Shown: positions 43,987-53,686 of the stretch, one piece after another
Layout of the letters: each line of letters starts with the position of its first letter
Position numbering within the stretch: the stretch's first letter is position 1
Program-made: the position numbers and the translations under genes
Notes under the pieces: model-generated
What the model saw: the letters and a program-made list of their open reading frames with translations, nothing else
What the model was told of the DNA's origin: nothing
The model's database searches: none
NCBI GenBank assembly: GCA_016721435.1
Contig: JADKIC010000003.1
Coordinates: 117,102-181,101 of the forward strand
Reading direction: 5' to 3'
Source of the DNA: Bacteroidota bacterium
Lineage (GTDB): Bacteria > Bacteroidota > Bacteroidia > AKYH767-A > OLB10
DNA length: 64,000 nucleotides

Positions 43987-46614
43987 GTGAAAGAAGAGAC
44001 ACCCCTCATGCAACAGTACAATAGCATCAAGGCGAAATATCCGGATGCGCTGTTATTATTTCGTGTGGGAGATTTTTACGAGACCTTTAGCGAAGATGCC
44101 ATTAAAGCTTCGAAAGTGTTGGGCATTGTGCTTACCAAAAGAAGCAATGGTGCCGCCGCAGCCATGGAACTCGCCGGTTTTCCACATCATTCACTCGATA
44201 CCTATTTGCCGAAACTGGTGCGTGCCGGCATGCGTGTCGCCATCTGTGATCAACTCGAAGATCCCAAAACAACAAAAAAAATTGTGAAGCGCGGAGTGAC
44301 CGAAGTGGTAACGCCGGGTGTGACATTCAGTGATAAAATTCTGGATCATAAATCGAATAATTTCCTCGCTGCTTTTTATCCGGCATCAGAGTCGGGCAGT
44401 AAATCGGGTCTCGCTTTGGTAGATGCCAGCACCGGAGAGTTTTATGTAGCAGAGGGGAACAGTGATTATATCGATAAATTATTGCAGAGCTTTCAGCCCA
44501 GCGAAGTACTGGTGCCACGTAGCGCGAAGGCGAATTTCGAACAAAAGTATGGTCAGCGGTTTTATACCTATTCCCTCGATGACTGGGCCTTTCAGTTGTT
44601 GTTTGCCAGAGAAACATTGTTGAAGCATTTTCAAACCATTTCCATGAAGGGATTTGGCGTTGAGGAAATGCAGGCAGGCGTTGTGGCTGCAGGAGCCGCT
44701 TTGTATTATCTGCAACAAACACGTCAGGAAACACTCGTTCATATTTCCGCCCTCTCCCGTATGGAAGAAGATCGTTATGTATGGCTCGATCGTTTTACCA
44801 TTCGGAATCTGGAGCTGGTGAATTCTCCCCATGAAAATGCCAGAACATTATTGAGCGTTCTGGATTTTACGGTTTCGCCAATGGGAGGGAGGATGTTACG
44901 CCGCTGGTTGTTGTTGCCACTCAAAGAAATTATTCCCATCAAAGAGCGACAGGATAACGTTGAGGTATTAACGAAAAGTGAAGAGCTGTTGGAAAAACTC
45001 CAGGCTGATCTGAAAGGAGTAGGAGACCTCGAGCGCATCGCCTCCCGGATTGCCATCCGTAAACTGGGTCCGCGGGAAGCCATGCAGTTAAAGCGATCTC
45101 TCCTCTTACTGGCCCCTATGAAGGAGCAACTCGAAAAGGTCAGCCATCCCGGATTAAAAGCCATTGCCGGTCGTTTACATTCCTGCGAAGAATTGCTAAA
45201 TAAATTAACGATGGCTTTGTCCGATGATCCTCCTGCCCTGCTGAACAAAGGCGGAACATTCCGTAAAGGCTATCATGCCGCATTGGATGAGTTAAAAGAA
45301 CTGGCGTTTGAAGGAAAAGATTATCTCCTTAAAATTCAACGTGAGGAGAGTGAAAAAACAGGCATCACCTCACTGAAGATTGCTTTTAATAATGTCTTCG
45401 GTTATTATATCGAGGTCACCAATGTGCATAAAAACAAAGTGCCGGCCTCCTGGGTGCGCAAACAAACACTGACCAATGCAGAGCGGTATATTACAGAAGA
45501 ACTGAAGCAATACGAAGAGAAAATTCTGGGTGCTGAAGAAAAGATTCAGAAGATTGAAGAAACACTTTACGCGGAATTGCTGGAATATATGTCTACGTAC
45601 ATTCTTTTGTTACAGCAGAATGCTTCGGAGATGGCCCGCCTCGATTGCCTCTGCAGTTTTGCCTCAGTGGCGATGAAGTACGGCTATGTTAAACCCGCAT
45701 TAGATGAATCGCTGATTCTGAATATCCGGAATGGCCGACATCCCGTCCTGGAGCAACAACTACCACTCGGCGAAAGTTATATTCCCAATGATGTCTACTT
45801 AGACAATGAGCAACAGCAGATCATCATCATCACCGGTCCGAACATGGCGGGTAAGTCGGCCATACTCCGCCAAACAGCGTTGATCGTTCTGATGGCACAA
45901 ACGGGATGTTTTGTCCCGGCACAGGAAGCGACCATTGGCATGGTAGATAAAATATTTACCAGGGTAGGGGCTTCCGATAATTTATCACAAGGGGAATCGA
46001 CCTTCATGGTGGAGATGAATGAAACGGCGAGTATTCTGCACAACATCACTAACAGGAGTCTGGTATTGTTGGATGAAATCGGGCGCGGCACCAGTACGTA
46101 CGATGGCATCTCCATCGCCTGGGCCATCGCCGAATTCATCCACGATCATCCTACAGCGAAAGCCAAAACACTTTTCGCCACGCATTACCATGAGCTCAAC
46201 GAAATGGCAGAGAGCTTTGGAAGAATTAAAAACTTCAGCATCGCCATTCACGAAAGCGGCAACAAAATACTATTCCTGCGTAAGCTCATTCCGGGTGGCA
46301 GTGAACATAGTTTCGGAATCCATGTAGCGCAAATGGCCGGGATGCCCACCAAAGTACTCAAACGGGCACAGCAGATGCTCGAAACCCTCGAAAAAGCCCA
46401 TGGCCTCAATGAAATTGTAAAATCCAGCGATGCAAAAGCCAAAAAGGACGAGTTGCAATTGAGTTTCTTCCAGTTAGATGATCCGGTTTTGGAGCAAATC
46501 CGTGATGAAATCCTCCAAACGGATATAAATACTCTTACTCCCGTAGAGGCGCTGATGAAATTAAATGAAATTAAGAAGTTGATTTCGAGAGAGAAAGTGA
46601 ATTTAAACGCCTGA
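43987..46614 (+). CDS. mutS: DNA mismatch repair protein MutS
   Basis: TPLMQQY N-terminus, Walker A GPNMAGKS, full domain I-V architecture, 875 aa. Confidence 0.95.
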   Translation: MKEETPLMQQYNSIKAKYPDALLLFRVGDFYETFSEDAIKASKVLGIVLTKRSNGAAAAMELAGFPHHSLDTYLPKLVRAGMRVAICDQLEDPKTTKKIVKRGVTEVVTPGVTFSDKILDHKSNNFLAAFYPASESGSKSGLALVDASTGEFYVAEGNSDYIDKLLQSFQPSEVLVPRSAKANFEQKYGQRFYTYSLDDWAFQLLFARETLLKHFQTISMKGFGVEEMQAGVVAAGAALYYLQQTRQETLVHISALSRMEEDRYVWLDRFTIRNLELVNSPHENARTLLSVLDFTVSPMGGRMLRRWLLLPLKEIIPIKERQDNVEVLTKSEELLEKLQADLKGVGDLERIASRIAIRKLGPREAMQLKRSLLLLAPMKEQLEKVSHPGLKAIAGRLHSCEELLNKLTMALSDDPPALLNKGGTFRKGYHAALDELKELAFEGKDYLLKIQREESEKTGITSLKIAFNNVFGYYIEVTNVHKNKVPASWVRKQTLTNAERYITEELKQYEEKILGAEEKIQKIEETLYAELLEYMSTYILLLQQNASEMARLDCLCSFASVAMKYGYVKPALDESLILNIRNGRHPVLEQQLPLGESYIPNDVYLDNEQQQIIIITGPNMAGKSAILRQTALIVLMAQTGCFVPAQEATIGMVDKIFTRVGASDNLSQGESTFMVEMNETASILHNITNRSLVLLDEIGRGTSTYDGISIAWAIAEFIHDHPTAKAKTLFATHYHELNEMAESFGRIKNFSIAIHESGNKILFLRKLIPGGSEHSFGIHVAQMAGMPTKVLKRAQQMLETLEKAHGLNEIVKSSDAKAKKDELQLSFFQLDDPVLEQIRDEILQTDINTLTPVEALMKLNEIKKLISREKVNLNA

Positions 46615-46659
46615 GGATTTGAAATATAGGCCTATTAAGTTGTATTTTTGCAACCCATT

Positions 46660-46735
<76 letters not shown>

Positions 46736-46738
46736 AAA

Positions 46739-46764
46739 AACCTCCCATACAGGAGGTTTTTTTA
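46739..46764 (+). terminator. Terminator hairpin after tRNA-Gly
   Basis: CCTCC-CATACA-GGAGG + T7. Confidence 0.55.
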
Positions 46765-46781
46765 TTTATTATAGTTTGCTC

Positions 46782-46843
46782 GGTCGGGGTCGTCTCGTCA
46801 AGTCAATTTATTGACTTGACGAGAAATCTCGTCTTTCGCTCCA
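46782..46843 (+). other. Partial 3'-half copy of tRNA-Gly with 33-nt palindromic insert replacing the T-loop
   Basis: GGTCGGGGTCG + [TCTCGTCAAGTCAAT tt ATTGACTTGACGAGA] + AATCTCGTCTTTCGCTCCA matches the anticodon-stem-to-CCA part of the upstream gene except for the insert. Confidence 0.7.
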
Positions 46844-46969
46844 AAAAAGCTTCCATTGTTAGAGGCTTTTGAAGTTAATATTCACTTTTCATCGAGATTT
46901 CTATTACTTTTGCACCTCTCAAACATTTCCCAAAATTCTGAATTCTTAATTCTGAATTCTTAATTACCC

Positions 46970-47053
46970 GCCCGGGTGGTGGAATTGGTAGACACGCAGG
47001 ACTTAAAATCCTGTGGCCTTACAGCTGTACGGGTTCGACTCCCGTCCCGGGTA
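46970..47053 (+). tRNA. tRNA-Leu (anticodon UAA), long variable arm, no CCA encoded
   Basis: GCCCGGGUGGUGGAAUUGGUAGACAC..CAGGA CUUAAAA UCCUG..ACGGG UUCGACU CCCGU CCCGGGU A; TActTTTG -7 box upstream. Confidence 0.85.
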
Positions 47054-47165
47054 CAAAACAGAGCGAAGAAACAGAACCAGAGCGATGTTTCAAGCTCTGT
47101 TTTCCCTGCTCACTCGCACTGTATCCTCGCTCTTAAATAGTATCTTAATTATAAATCCCTTTTCA
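47054..47165 (+). repeat. Copy 1 of about 110-bp direct repeat following tRNA-Leu (copy 2 at 47611-47725; degenerate copy 3 at about 47870-47985)
   Basis: caaaacagagcgaagaaacaga..gctctgttttccctgctcactcgcact..cctcgctcttaaatagtatctta..cccttttcaaa repeated at more than 85% identity. Confidence 0.7.
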
Positions 47166-47230
47166 AAATAAAATCTTGAACCAACCACCTTTTTAATTAA
47201 AAGAGTTTCTCAAAAAGCACTTTCAATCCA

Positions 47231-47485
47231 ATGAAATATCACGTATATGCTTTATCAAGCACTGTTAGAAATTATATTTATGTAGGGTTAACAAGTGATT
47301 TAGACCGAAGACTAAGGGATCATCAAAATGGATATAATCCAACTACAAAACCATATAGACCATTTGAATTGATTTTATTGGAAGAACATGAAACCAGGGT
47401 ATTGGCAAGAGAGAGAGAAAAGTATCTTAAAACCAGTGCAGGAAAGAGATGGCTGCGTAGTCATAAAGTAAATATTAAATCATAG
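47231..47485 (+). CDS. GIY-YIG nuclease-family small protein
   Basis: 84 aa; YVYALSS...YIYVGLTSDLDRRLRDHQNG matches the GIY-YIG core; its stop overlaps the start of a partial tRNA-Leu copy. Confidence 0.7.
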   Translation: MKYHVYALSSTVRNYIYVGLTSDLDRRLRDHQNGYNPTTKPYRPFELILLEEHETRVLAREREKYLKTSAGKRWLRSHKVNIKS

Positions 47486-47610
47486 CTGTACGGGCCTGCC
47501 TGACTGCCCACAATGAGAACCAAGAAATTAAAACAAGTATAGATTGGTTGATGTTTATAGTTTTTAAAATAGTCGGCAGGCAGGTTCGACTCCCGTCCCG
47601 GGTACAAAAC
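47484..47610 (+). other. Partial tRNA-Leu 3' copy (variable arm to acceptor end) interrupted in the T-stem by a 91-nt insert
   Basis: AGCTGTACGGG | CCTGCCTGACTGCCC...GTCGGCAGGCAGG | TTCGACTCCCGTCCCGGGTACAAAAC. Insert ends are complementary (CCTGCCTGAC / GTC-GGCAGG) and the flanks reproduce the tRNA-Leu 3' part. Confidence 0.65.
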
Positions 47611-47991
47611 AGAGGGAGAAACAGAGCGAGAGCGAAGTTTTAAGCTCTGTTTTCCCTGCTCACTCGCACTCTTCCCTCGCTCTTAAATAGAATCTTACTA
47701 TACATCGTTTTTCAAACTAATATTATCATGTTTCTATATCTAGTCCTTTGGTCTAAAAAAAATCCCATATTCCAGTCCTGAAAATTCCTTTGCACTGTAG
47801 CTTCTTCTCGATTCATCCTGGTTTCTCAATTCAAAACAATCTTCTACCCATAAAAACCGAGAACGAGTAACAGAACGGAGGAACAGATTGTTAAATACCA
47901 GAAAAGAGTTCCATATTCCCTTTCCTATAATACTATATATTTGCACTTAGATAGTATCTTGCCATAAACCCTTTTTCAAACCTACAATCTT

Positions 47992-48276
47992 ATGTTCCCA
48001 TTCCAAAATCTTGAAGTCTACAAGAAATCCAAATTATTCCATCTTCATTGTAAGGAGATCATCCTTACCCGCAAACTCGATTCCTACGTCAGAGACCAGC
48101 TAGGGCGTGCATCATTCAGTGTTCCATTGAACATCGCCGAAGTAAGGACAGGTCGCGACATGTCACCATCATGGAACGTCCTGTCACCAGTGATGTTCCC
48201 GGTCGTATCGTCGGTATGTAGTGACAGGTCGCGACCTGTCACCAGTGATGTCCCCGGTCGTATCGTCGGTATGTAG
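47992..48276 (+). pseudogene. Four-helix-bundle protein (TIGR02436-type) truncated by palindromic array
   Basis: First about 50 aa (FQNLEVYKKSKLFHLHCKEIILTRKLDSYVRDQLGRASFSVPLNIAE) match the family; the remainder (VRTGRDMSPSW...) is translation of the repeat array. TAtaTTTG -7 box at 47936. Confidence 0.6.
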
Positions 48277-48353
48277 TGGCAGGTCGCGACCTGTCACTAC
48301 GTGATGTCCCCGGTCGTATCGTCGGTAAGTAGTGACAGGTCGCGACCTGTCAC
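48146..48353. repeat. Tandem array A: 3 perfect + 1 degenerate copies of 22-bp palindrome GTGACAGGTCGCGACCTGTCAC separated by near-identical 33-34-bp fillers (period 55-56 bp)
   Basis: Palindromes at 48146 (1 mismatch), 48221, 48276, 48332; fillers cagtgatgtccccggtcgtatcgtcggtatgta differ by 1-3 SNPs. Confidence 0.9.
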
Positions 48354-51300
48354 TACTTTGCCACCATAAACATCCTACTAAAAACGCCCTCTTCCACAGT
48401 CCCTCTCAATATATACGCTCCCTCCGGAAACTGACTCGTGTCTAATCGTATTTCTTTTTGTTGTCCGGTGTTTATTTTTTGGAGTAGTCGTCCCATCATA
48501 TCGTAGAGTGCAAGTTCCGGTACGAATACCGCAGATGGAAGACGGATGATGAGTTCATCTACCGCAGGGTTGGGGAAGAGCTGCAGCATGTTTCCTAATG
48601 TTTCATTCAATCCTACACAACCGGTGATCATGATGCTGTCTCTCGCCATGCAGCCAATGCTATCACGAATCTCTACCCAGTATTGTCCCGGTCCGTTGAT
48701 CACCAAGCTCGTATTGCTGCTGCCGTCCTGCCAGAGATGGGAATAGCCCGGCACACCTTGTAGCGTGTAGGGATATCCACTGCCGCAAATGACAGTATCG
48801 CTGCCGAGTGTAAGTGGGACATTTAACTCCGTCATGCTGATCTGAATGGTGTCGTATGAATCCTGGCAGCCTCCTGTTACATGTAACCAATAGGTGCCCG
48901 GTCCAAATGCAGTGTAGGTCGAAGCAGTGCTTCCATCCTGCCATTCGTAGTTGAGAAAGGTGGTGTTGGGAATGATCGTATAAACATTGCCGGCGCAAAT
49001 CGTAGTGTCTTTACCGATCTCCACATTGCCGTACGTGAATCCTTGTGTGAAGGTGATGGTATCGCTCGCGATACAGCGGTTGGTGTCAACAGCTACGACC
49101 CAATAGGTGCCGATGGTGTTTACGCCATAGCTGGTGAAAGAAGTGCTGTTGTCTTGCCACACAAACGACTGCCAGTTATTGCCAATGGATAAGATAGCGA
49201 AACTGCAAAGGATGGTGTCCGGTCCGAAATCAATCGGTGCTGCCGTGATGGTTTCAACGATAAAGGTATCTATAACGGCACCGCAGTAACCAAAATACTT
49301 CATGGTGAGCGTGTCGATGCTTCCTGCAATGGAGCCCGTTAGTTCAATGGTGCTGTCTGTGGCATTACTCACCGTTCCGGGTCCGTGGTGCATCCAAATG
49401 GTAGAATCGCCCGGTAAGGCATAGGCGACTTCAAATGTTTCCGTGACATTCACACAAATTTTTCGTGGTCCGGATATGCGTGGCGTACTGAGGAGCTCAA
49501 TGCCCTTTACAAAATTCGGCATCGCCCAACCAAACCATAACGGGTTGGGATTATTTAGGAAATCTACAGTATATCCACACGCAGTACCGGCAAGATTGGG
49601 CTGATCAATATAGTCAATATAGAACTGATCTCTTGAAATCCATATGCGTCCATCAGGGCCTAAACTCATGTTGGCAAATTGTTTGGTTGTCGTTCCGGTA
49701 AATGGATCTAAACGGATTTCAGAAGCCAGAATTGCTGCAGGTGTACCCGCGGCCATATTGTACTGAAACACTTTTCCCTGTCGCAAAAGTCCAACATATA
49801 ATTTCGAATTGTCTGGAGAGAATTCAATGCCGTAAGGTGTTTCATTGACTAAAGAACTGTAGGTGATTTCAAACGGATTCGAAGCAATTCCTGTGTTTTT
49901 ATTGAAATCGGCAACACGTACGCGGTTGGGTAAAACGGTTGAGTTGATGCAGTATGCTACCTTGAGCCCGTCATTTGAAAATTTTATTTCTCCGATACCT
50001 CCGTTAAAACCTCCGTTAGCAAATGGGGAAATGACAGGAGTGGTTGCAAGTCCTGCAGCACTGAGTAAATAGGAATAAATCGTATCTCCGTCAAAGGATG
50101 CTGCAGAGATCCAGATGTCAGTGCCGTTGCCATGATACGTGCCTCCTACATGTTCATTGATTTTACTCCGTACCGGAAGATTTTTTTGTCCGGTGATGAC
50201 ATCTCCTAAACCACCATTGAGCGAAAGATCAATCACGCTGTATTTTAAACCTCCTGTATATTGGTTCTCGCCGCAATCTGCTGTGAAGAGATAGTAGAGT
50301 GTAGTGGATCCCGGTTTCGGTGCAAGCAAACATCCTTGTGTAGAGGAATAGCATCCGGCGAGTCCGCTTCCATTGGGCATAGACTGATGATTGCGGTTCC
50401 ATACTGTTAACCCATCGGTGTAAAGCAATAAATTTCCATCGCGATCAGAGAGAGAAGAGGTGCATTCGTCGGCAATACTTTGTCCGGGAACAGCACTATA
50501 GCCGACTACCGGAAAACTTGTACCGGAGAAATGCAGAGAGAAATTCGGCAAATACCAGTTCTCTAACATGCCCGCATCTCCGCAATCTCCAATTTTGAAA
50601 TAGAAGACCTCAGACGTATCGCTGCATTGATTGCTGTTTGCAATGTTATAAATGTAATGACTGCCCGGCGTATTAAATGTCTGTATAAAAGTTTGTATCG
50701 TCCCCTGATTTACACCATCCAGCACCCATTGCGCGGAATTGGAATTGGTGCTGCCGTCGTTAAAATTTAAGGTGCTCCCAATGGCATAAGGTCCGCTGGC
50801 CGGGGCTACAACAAAGAAGGCCTGTGCATCACAAAGTACTTCTACGATTTTTGTAATGCTTTCTTCACACGTAGAATCACTGCTGTTCACAGTTAATGTA
50901 ATCGAATAATAGCCGGGACTGGTAAACACATGCGTTGTATTGGCAGAGGTGGAGATGAGTTGGTTGTTCACATACCATTCATAGGCAATTGCACCGGCTG
51001 AAGCGTCCGAAAAATTTAAACTCCCGCCAATGACAACCACATTATTACTCATGTTGAAGTCAGCAATGATGGGGTTTAGGCAAGTAGGCTGGCAGGAAAC
51101 AGATTGAAGTAAACTTGCCCGTACACCGGTAATTGCAGCTTGCATGCGATCGCTTTGTCCGGTGGTGAAAAGAACTTTGCAACTGTTGAGGCCATAGTCC
51201 ATGTAATTTTCGATGAGATCATTTTGATCTCCTAATCCTCCAACACCAACTGGCCGGAATGGATTGTTGGGGCTTAAATCGTCATCATCGCTGTTGCAGG

Positions 51301-52111
51301 TGTTGGCAGTGAGCGGACATCCTACAGCTCCTGTACTCTGGTCGGGGGGTGTGTCGCAAACTTTATCTCCATCGGTTTGGCAGTTGTTGTTGCCACAAGC
51401 CCCTTCAAAGGTATGATAGAGCCCGAGATAATGTCCCGCTTCATGTATCAATACTTTAGTGGCATCAGGGCTATTGCCAAAATAAGCCGCTTCGTTTACG
51501 ATACCGTCTTCATCATTTCCATGTGATGCCGGTAAATACGCATATCCTGCAACACCACTACCGCCTCCAAGAGATGTAATTGAATTCACTACCCAAATAT
51601 TCAGGTAGTAATTGGGATTCCAACGGATGAGATTCTTTAACGTGTCATCATCATTTTCGGATATCATATCCGTTAGTGTGGATACCACTCTGTTGATGCC
51701 GGTAGTGTAATTTCCGTTTTCATCCTGCGATGCCAGACAAAATTGTATGTTGGTATTTACACCATTACCGGTTTGAAAGGGTCCGGTGTTTGAAAAGGCC
51801 TGATTGAGATACTGTATGGCAGTATTAACTTGCGCGTTTGAAATGTTTTCGGGTCCGTTGTTGTGAATGATATGCACCACTACAGGAATTGTCAGCACAG
51901 TATTGCTTTGCCGGTAAACGGATAATTGTTGGATTTTCTGATAGATATAGTCATTCATTTCCCGCATCCGGTTTCGGTAATCGGGATCACGGGACAGTTT
52001 GGAGTGGCGATGCTCGTCGCTGGAACATCCGGGAAGTGGTGCTATTTGCGGGACTTGTGCCCGGCTAAGGCCGCTGAATAACAGCAGCACGAGTAAGATT
52101 AATTTTTTCAT
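48353..52111 (-). CDS. M43-family (pappalysin/cytophagalysin-like) zinc metalloprotease, multi-domain, with T9SS C-terminal sorting domain
   Basis: 1252 aa; signal peptide; HEAGHYLGLYHTFEG zincin motif; repeated Ig/PKD-like segments; CTD tail LQLFPNPAVDELIIRL...AYILRGTVEEGVFSRMFMVAK. Confidence 0.75.
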   Translation of the reverse strand: MKKLILLVLLLFSGLSRAQVPQIAPLPGCSSDEHRHSKLSRDPDYRNRMREMNDYIYQKIQQLSVYRQSNTVLTIPVVVHIIHNNGPENISNAQVNTAIQYLNQAFSNTGPFQTGNGVNTNIQFCLASQDENGNYTTGINRVVSTLTDMISENDDDTLKNLIRWNPNYYLNIWVVNSITSLGGGSGVAGYAYLPASHGNDEDGIVNEAAYFGNSPDATKVLIHEAGHYLGLYHTFEGACGNNNCQTDGDKVCDTPPDQSTGAVGCPLTANTCNSDDDDLSPNNPFRPVGVGGLGDQNDLIENYMDYGLNSCKVLFTTGQSDRMQAAITGVRASLLQSVSCQPTCLNPIIADFNMSNNVVVIGGSLNFSDASAGAIAYEWYVNNQLISTSANTTHVFTSPGYYSITLTVNSSDSTCEESITKIVEVLCDAQAFFVVAPASGPYAIGSTLNFNDGSTNSNSAQWVLDGVNQGTIQTFIQTFNTPGSHYIYNIANSNQCSDTSEVFYFKIGDCGDAGMLENWYLPNFSLHFSGTSFPVVGYSAVPGQSIADECTSSLSDRDGNLLLYTDGLTVWNRNHQSMPNGSGLAGCYSSTQGCLLAPKPGSTTLYYLFTADCGENQYTGGLKYSVIDLSLNGGLGDVITGQKNLPVRSKINEHVGGTYHGNGTDIWISAASFDGDTIYSYLLSAAGLATTPVISPFANGGFNGGIGEIKFSNDGLKVAYCINSTVLPNRVRVADFNKNTGIASNPFEITYSSLVNETPYGIEFSPDNSKLYVGLLRQGKVFQYNMAAGTPAAILASEIRLDPFTGTTTKQFANMSLGPDGRIWISRDQFYIDYIDQPNLAGTACGYTVDFLNNPNPLWFGWAMPNFVKGIELLSTPRISGPRKICVNVTETFEVAYALPGDSTIWMHHGPGTVSNATDSTIELTGSIAGSIDTLTMKYFGYCGAVIDTFIVETITAAPIDFGPDTILCSFAILSIGNNWQSFVWQDNSTSFTSYGVNTIGTYWVVAVDTNRCIASDTITFTQGFTYGNVEIGKDTTICAGNVYTIIPNTTFLNYEWQDGSTASTYTAFGPGTYWLHVTGGCQDSYDTIQISMTELNVPLTLGSDTVICGSGYPYTLQGVPGYSHLWQDGSSNTSLVINGPGQYWVEIRDSIGCMARDSIMITGCVGLNETLGNMLQLFPNPAVDELIIRLPSAVFVPELALYDMMGRLLQKINTGQQKEIRLDTSQFPEGAYILRGTVEEGVFSRMFMVAK

Positions 52112-52304
52112 AGGGATGGATAAATTGCGTGGTTAATAGAGGGTTAAGATATAAATATTTATTTGAATTGTTGAAAAGACACTGAAAATCATTGAAAAAA
52201 TGACATGTTTTGGATGATTATAGAGATAAATTAAACAAGTCATGGGGTGCATTGTTTACCTTTGTGGGCACGTTGGATGGCTGTCGGCTGACCGTGCAAA
52301 AACT

Positions 52305-52799
52305 ATGTTGGATAAAATCAATCTCCCTAAACCCGTCTGGATCGTTTTCGGTTTCCTTTTCACAGGACTGGGCATTGCCGGTTTTATCTTGCCGATGATG
52401 CCGGGATTGGTGTTTTTTATTTTGGCGAGTTTTTGTTTTGCGAAAAGTTCCCCGCGCATGCTGCGTAAAATTTTAGCACATCCTCAGATAGGTCCACAAA
52501 TTATGGATTGGAAAAGAGGAAGGGGGATGCGCATGAAGACAAAAGTTCTGGCCATTTTACTCGTAACCATCAGTCTCTCGTTCAGTGCCATATTTATGGT
52601 GAAGTTGGTGTGGGTGAAATGGATTATTTTTTTCTCCATATTCGCAATCACTGCTTATATTTTATCTGTTAAAACAAGAAAGAGTAAACCCGCAATAGTA
52701 CCTATACCTCAATCCACTGAATATGGCTCCGTCAAATCCCTTGAAAACACTAAGGAAGTTCACCACTCCTCTCAAGTCTCCACTCAGAGGGGGAAATGA
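52305..52799 (+). CDS. DUF454/YbaN-family inner-membrane protein
   Basis: MLDKINLPKPVWIVFGFLFTGLGIAGFILPMMPGLVFFILASFCFAKSSPRMLRKIL conserved core; start set to ATG 52305. Confidence 0.6.
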   Translation: MLDKINLPKPVWIVFGFLFTGLGIAGFILPMMPGLVFFILASFCFAKSSPRMLRKILAHPQIGPQIMDWKRGRGMRMKTKVLAILLVTISLSFSAIFMVKLVWVKWIIFFSIFAITAYILSVKTRKSKPAIVPIPQSTEYGSVKSLENTKEVHHSSQVSTQRGK

Positions 52800-52821
52800 T
52801 TCCGATGTCGGCGAAGTGTTA

Positions 52822-53631
52822 ATGCTCGTCGCATCATATGATAAGAAGAATCTTTTAGTAAGTGAAGAAAAGTATGACCTGAACGGTGAATTGGAAGAAG
52901 TACATACGTTCAATTACGATGATCGCGGAAATCTCATCGAACATATTTTTGAAATTCCTTCCGATAATATCAGCGAGCGTTTTCTGACTACCCGTAACGG
53001 GGATGGATATCCGTTAATGATTATAAAGTATTATGGTGAAGATCCCGGTGAGAAAACGGAATATACCTACGGTACCCATGCGCAACCAGTAAAAATTCAT
53101 CGCTACGATGCGGATGGTGAATTTGAAGCGGAGGAAGATTTGCTGTATGATGATCAGTCTAGATTGATGAGCAGAAAAATTAATTCACCGGCAGAGGGTA
53201 ACCGGGAGTTTCGTTTTAGTTACGATGAAAAGGGGAATCTGGCCGGTGAAGAAGAATACGATAAAGATGGTAAGTTGGTGGCGAGTGTGAAGCTGGATTA
53301 CGATGAGGAAGGGAAGGAGACAATAGTGGCGAAGTTTAACGGTGAAGGAAAGTTGATTTCACGTCAGCTTTCAGAGTATGATGAATTGGGAAGATTGAAA
53401 CGGAAGGTGTCCAATGGTTTTTATACGCGGGTGAGCGATTACGAGTACGATGAACTGGGACGCGTGACGGAAGAAGCTTTGTCGGATGGTAATGGATTTG
53501 TGATTTCACGGAACCGCATGGCGTACGACGATGGTGGTCGCTTATTAGAGGAAACCGTATACGAAACGGATTTAACACGCGCCGGGCGAGATACACATCT
53601 CTCCAGCCGCTATGAATATGAATTTTTTTAA
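52822..53631 (+). CDS. RHS/YD-repeat-containing protein (short, no signal peptide)
   Basis: About 12 copies of xYxYDxxGxL motif at 20-22-aa spacing (SEYDELGRLKRK, YEYDELGRVTEE, AYDDGGRLLEE). Confidence 0.5.
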   Translation: MLVASYDKKNLLVSEEKYDLNGELEEVHTFNYDDRGNLIEHIFEIPSDNISERFLTTRNGDGYPLMIIKYYGEDPGEKTEYTYGTHAQPVKIHRYDADGEFEAEEDLLYDDQSRLMSRKINSPAEGNREFRFSYDEKGNLAGEEEYDKDGKLVASVKLDYDEEGKETIVAKFNGEGKLISRQLSEYDELGRLKRKVSNGFYTRVSDYEYDELGRVTEEALSDGNGFVISRNRMAYDDGGRLLEETVYETDLTRAGRDTHLSSRYEYEFF

Positions 53632-53686
53632 TAGGATAAAACTTCCTGTTCAACAGGTTGTTCTATCCATGTAATAGAAAAAGAGA

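Noticed and set aside
48146-48353. CRISPR array call for the palindrome arrays (also 63204-63446)
   Set aside because: The 'spacers' within each array are near-identical copies rather than unique sequences, the repeat is only 22 bp, and no cas genes, leader or tracrRNA-like element are present in the 64 kb.
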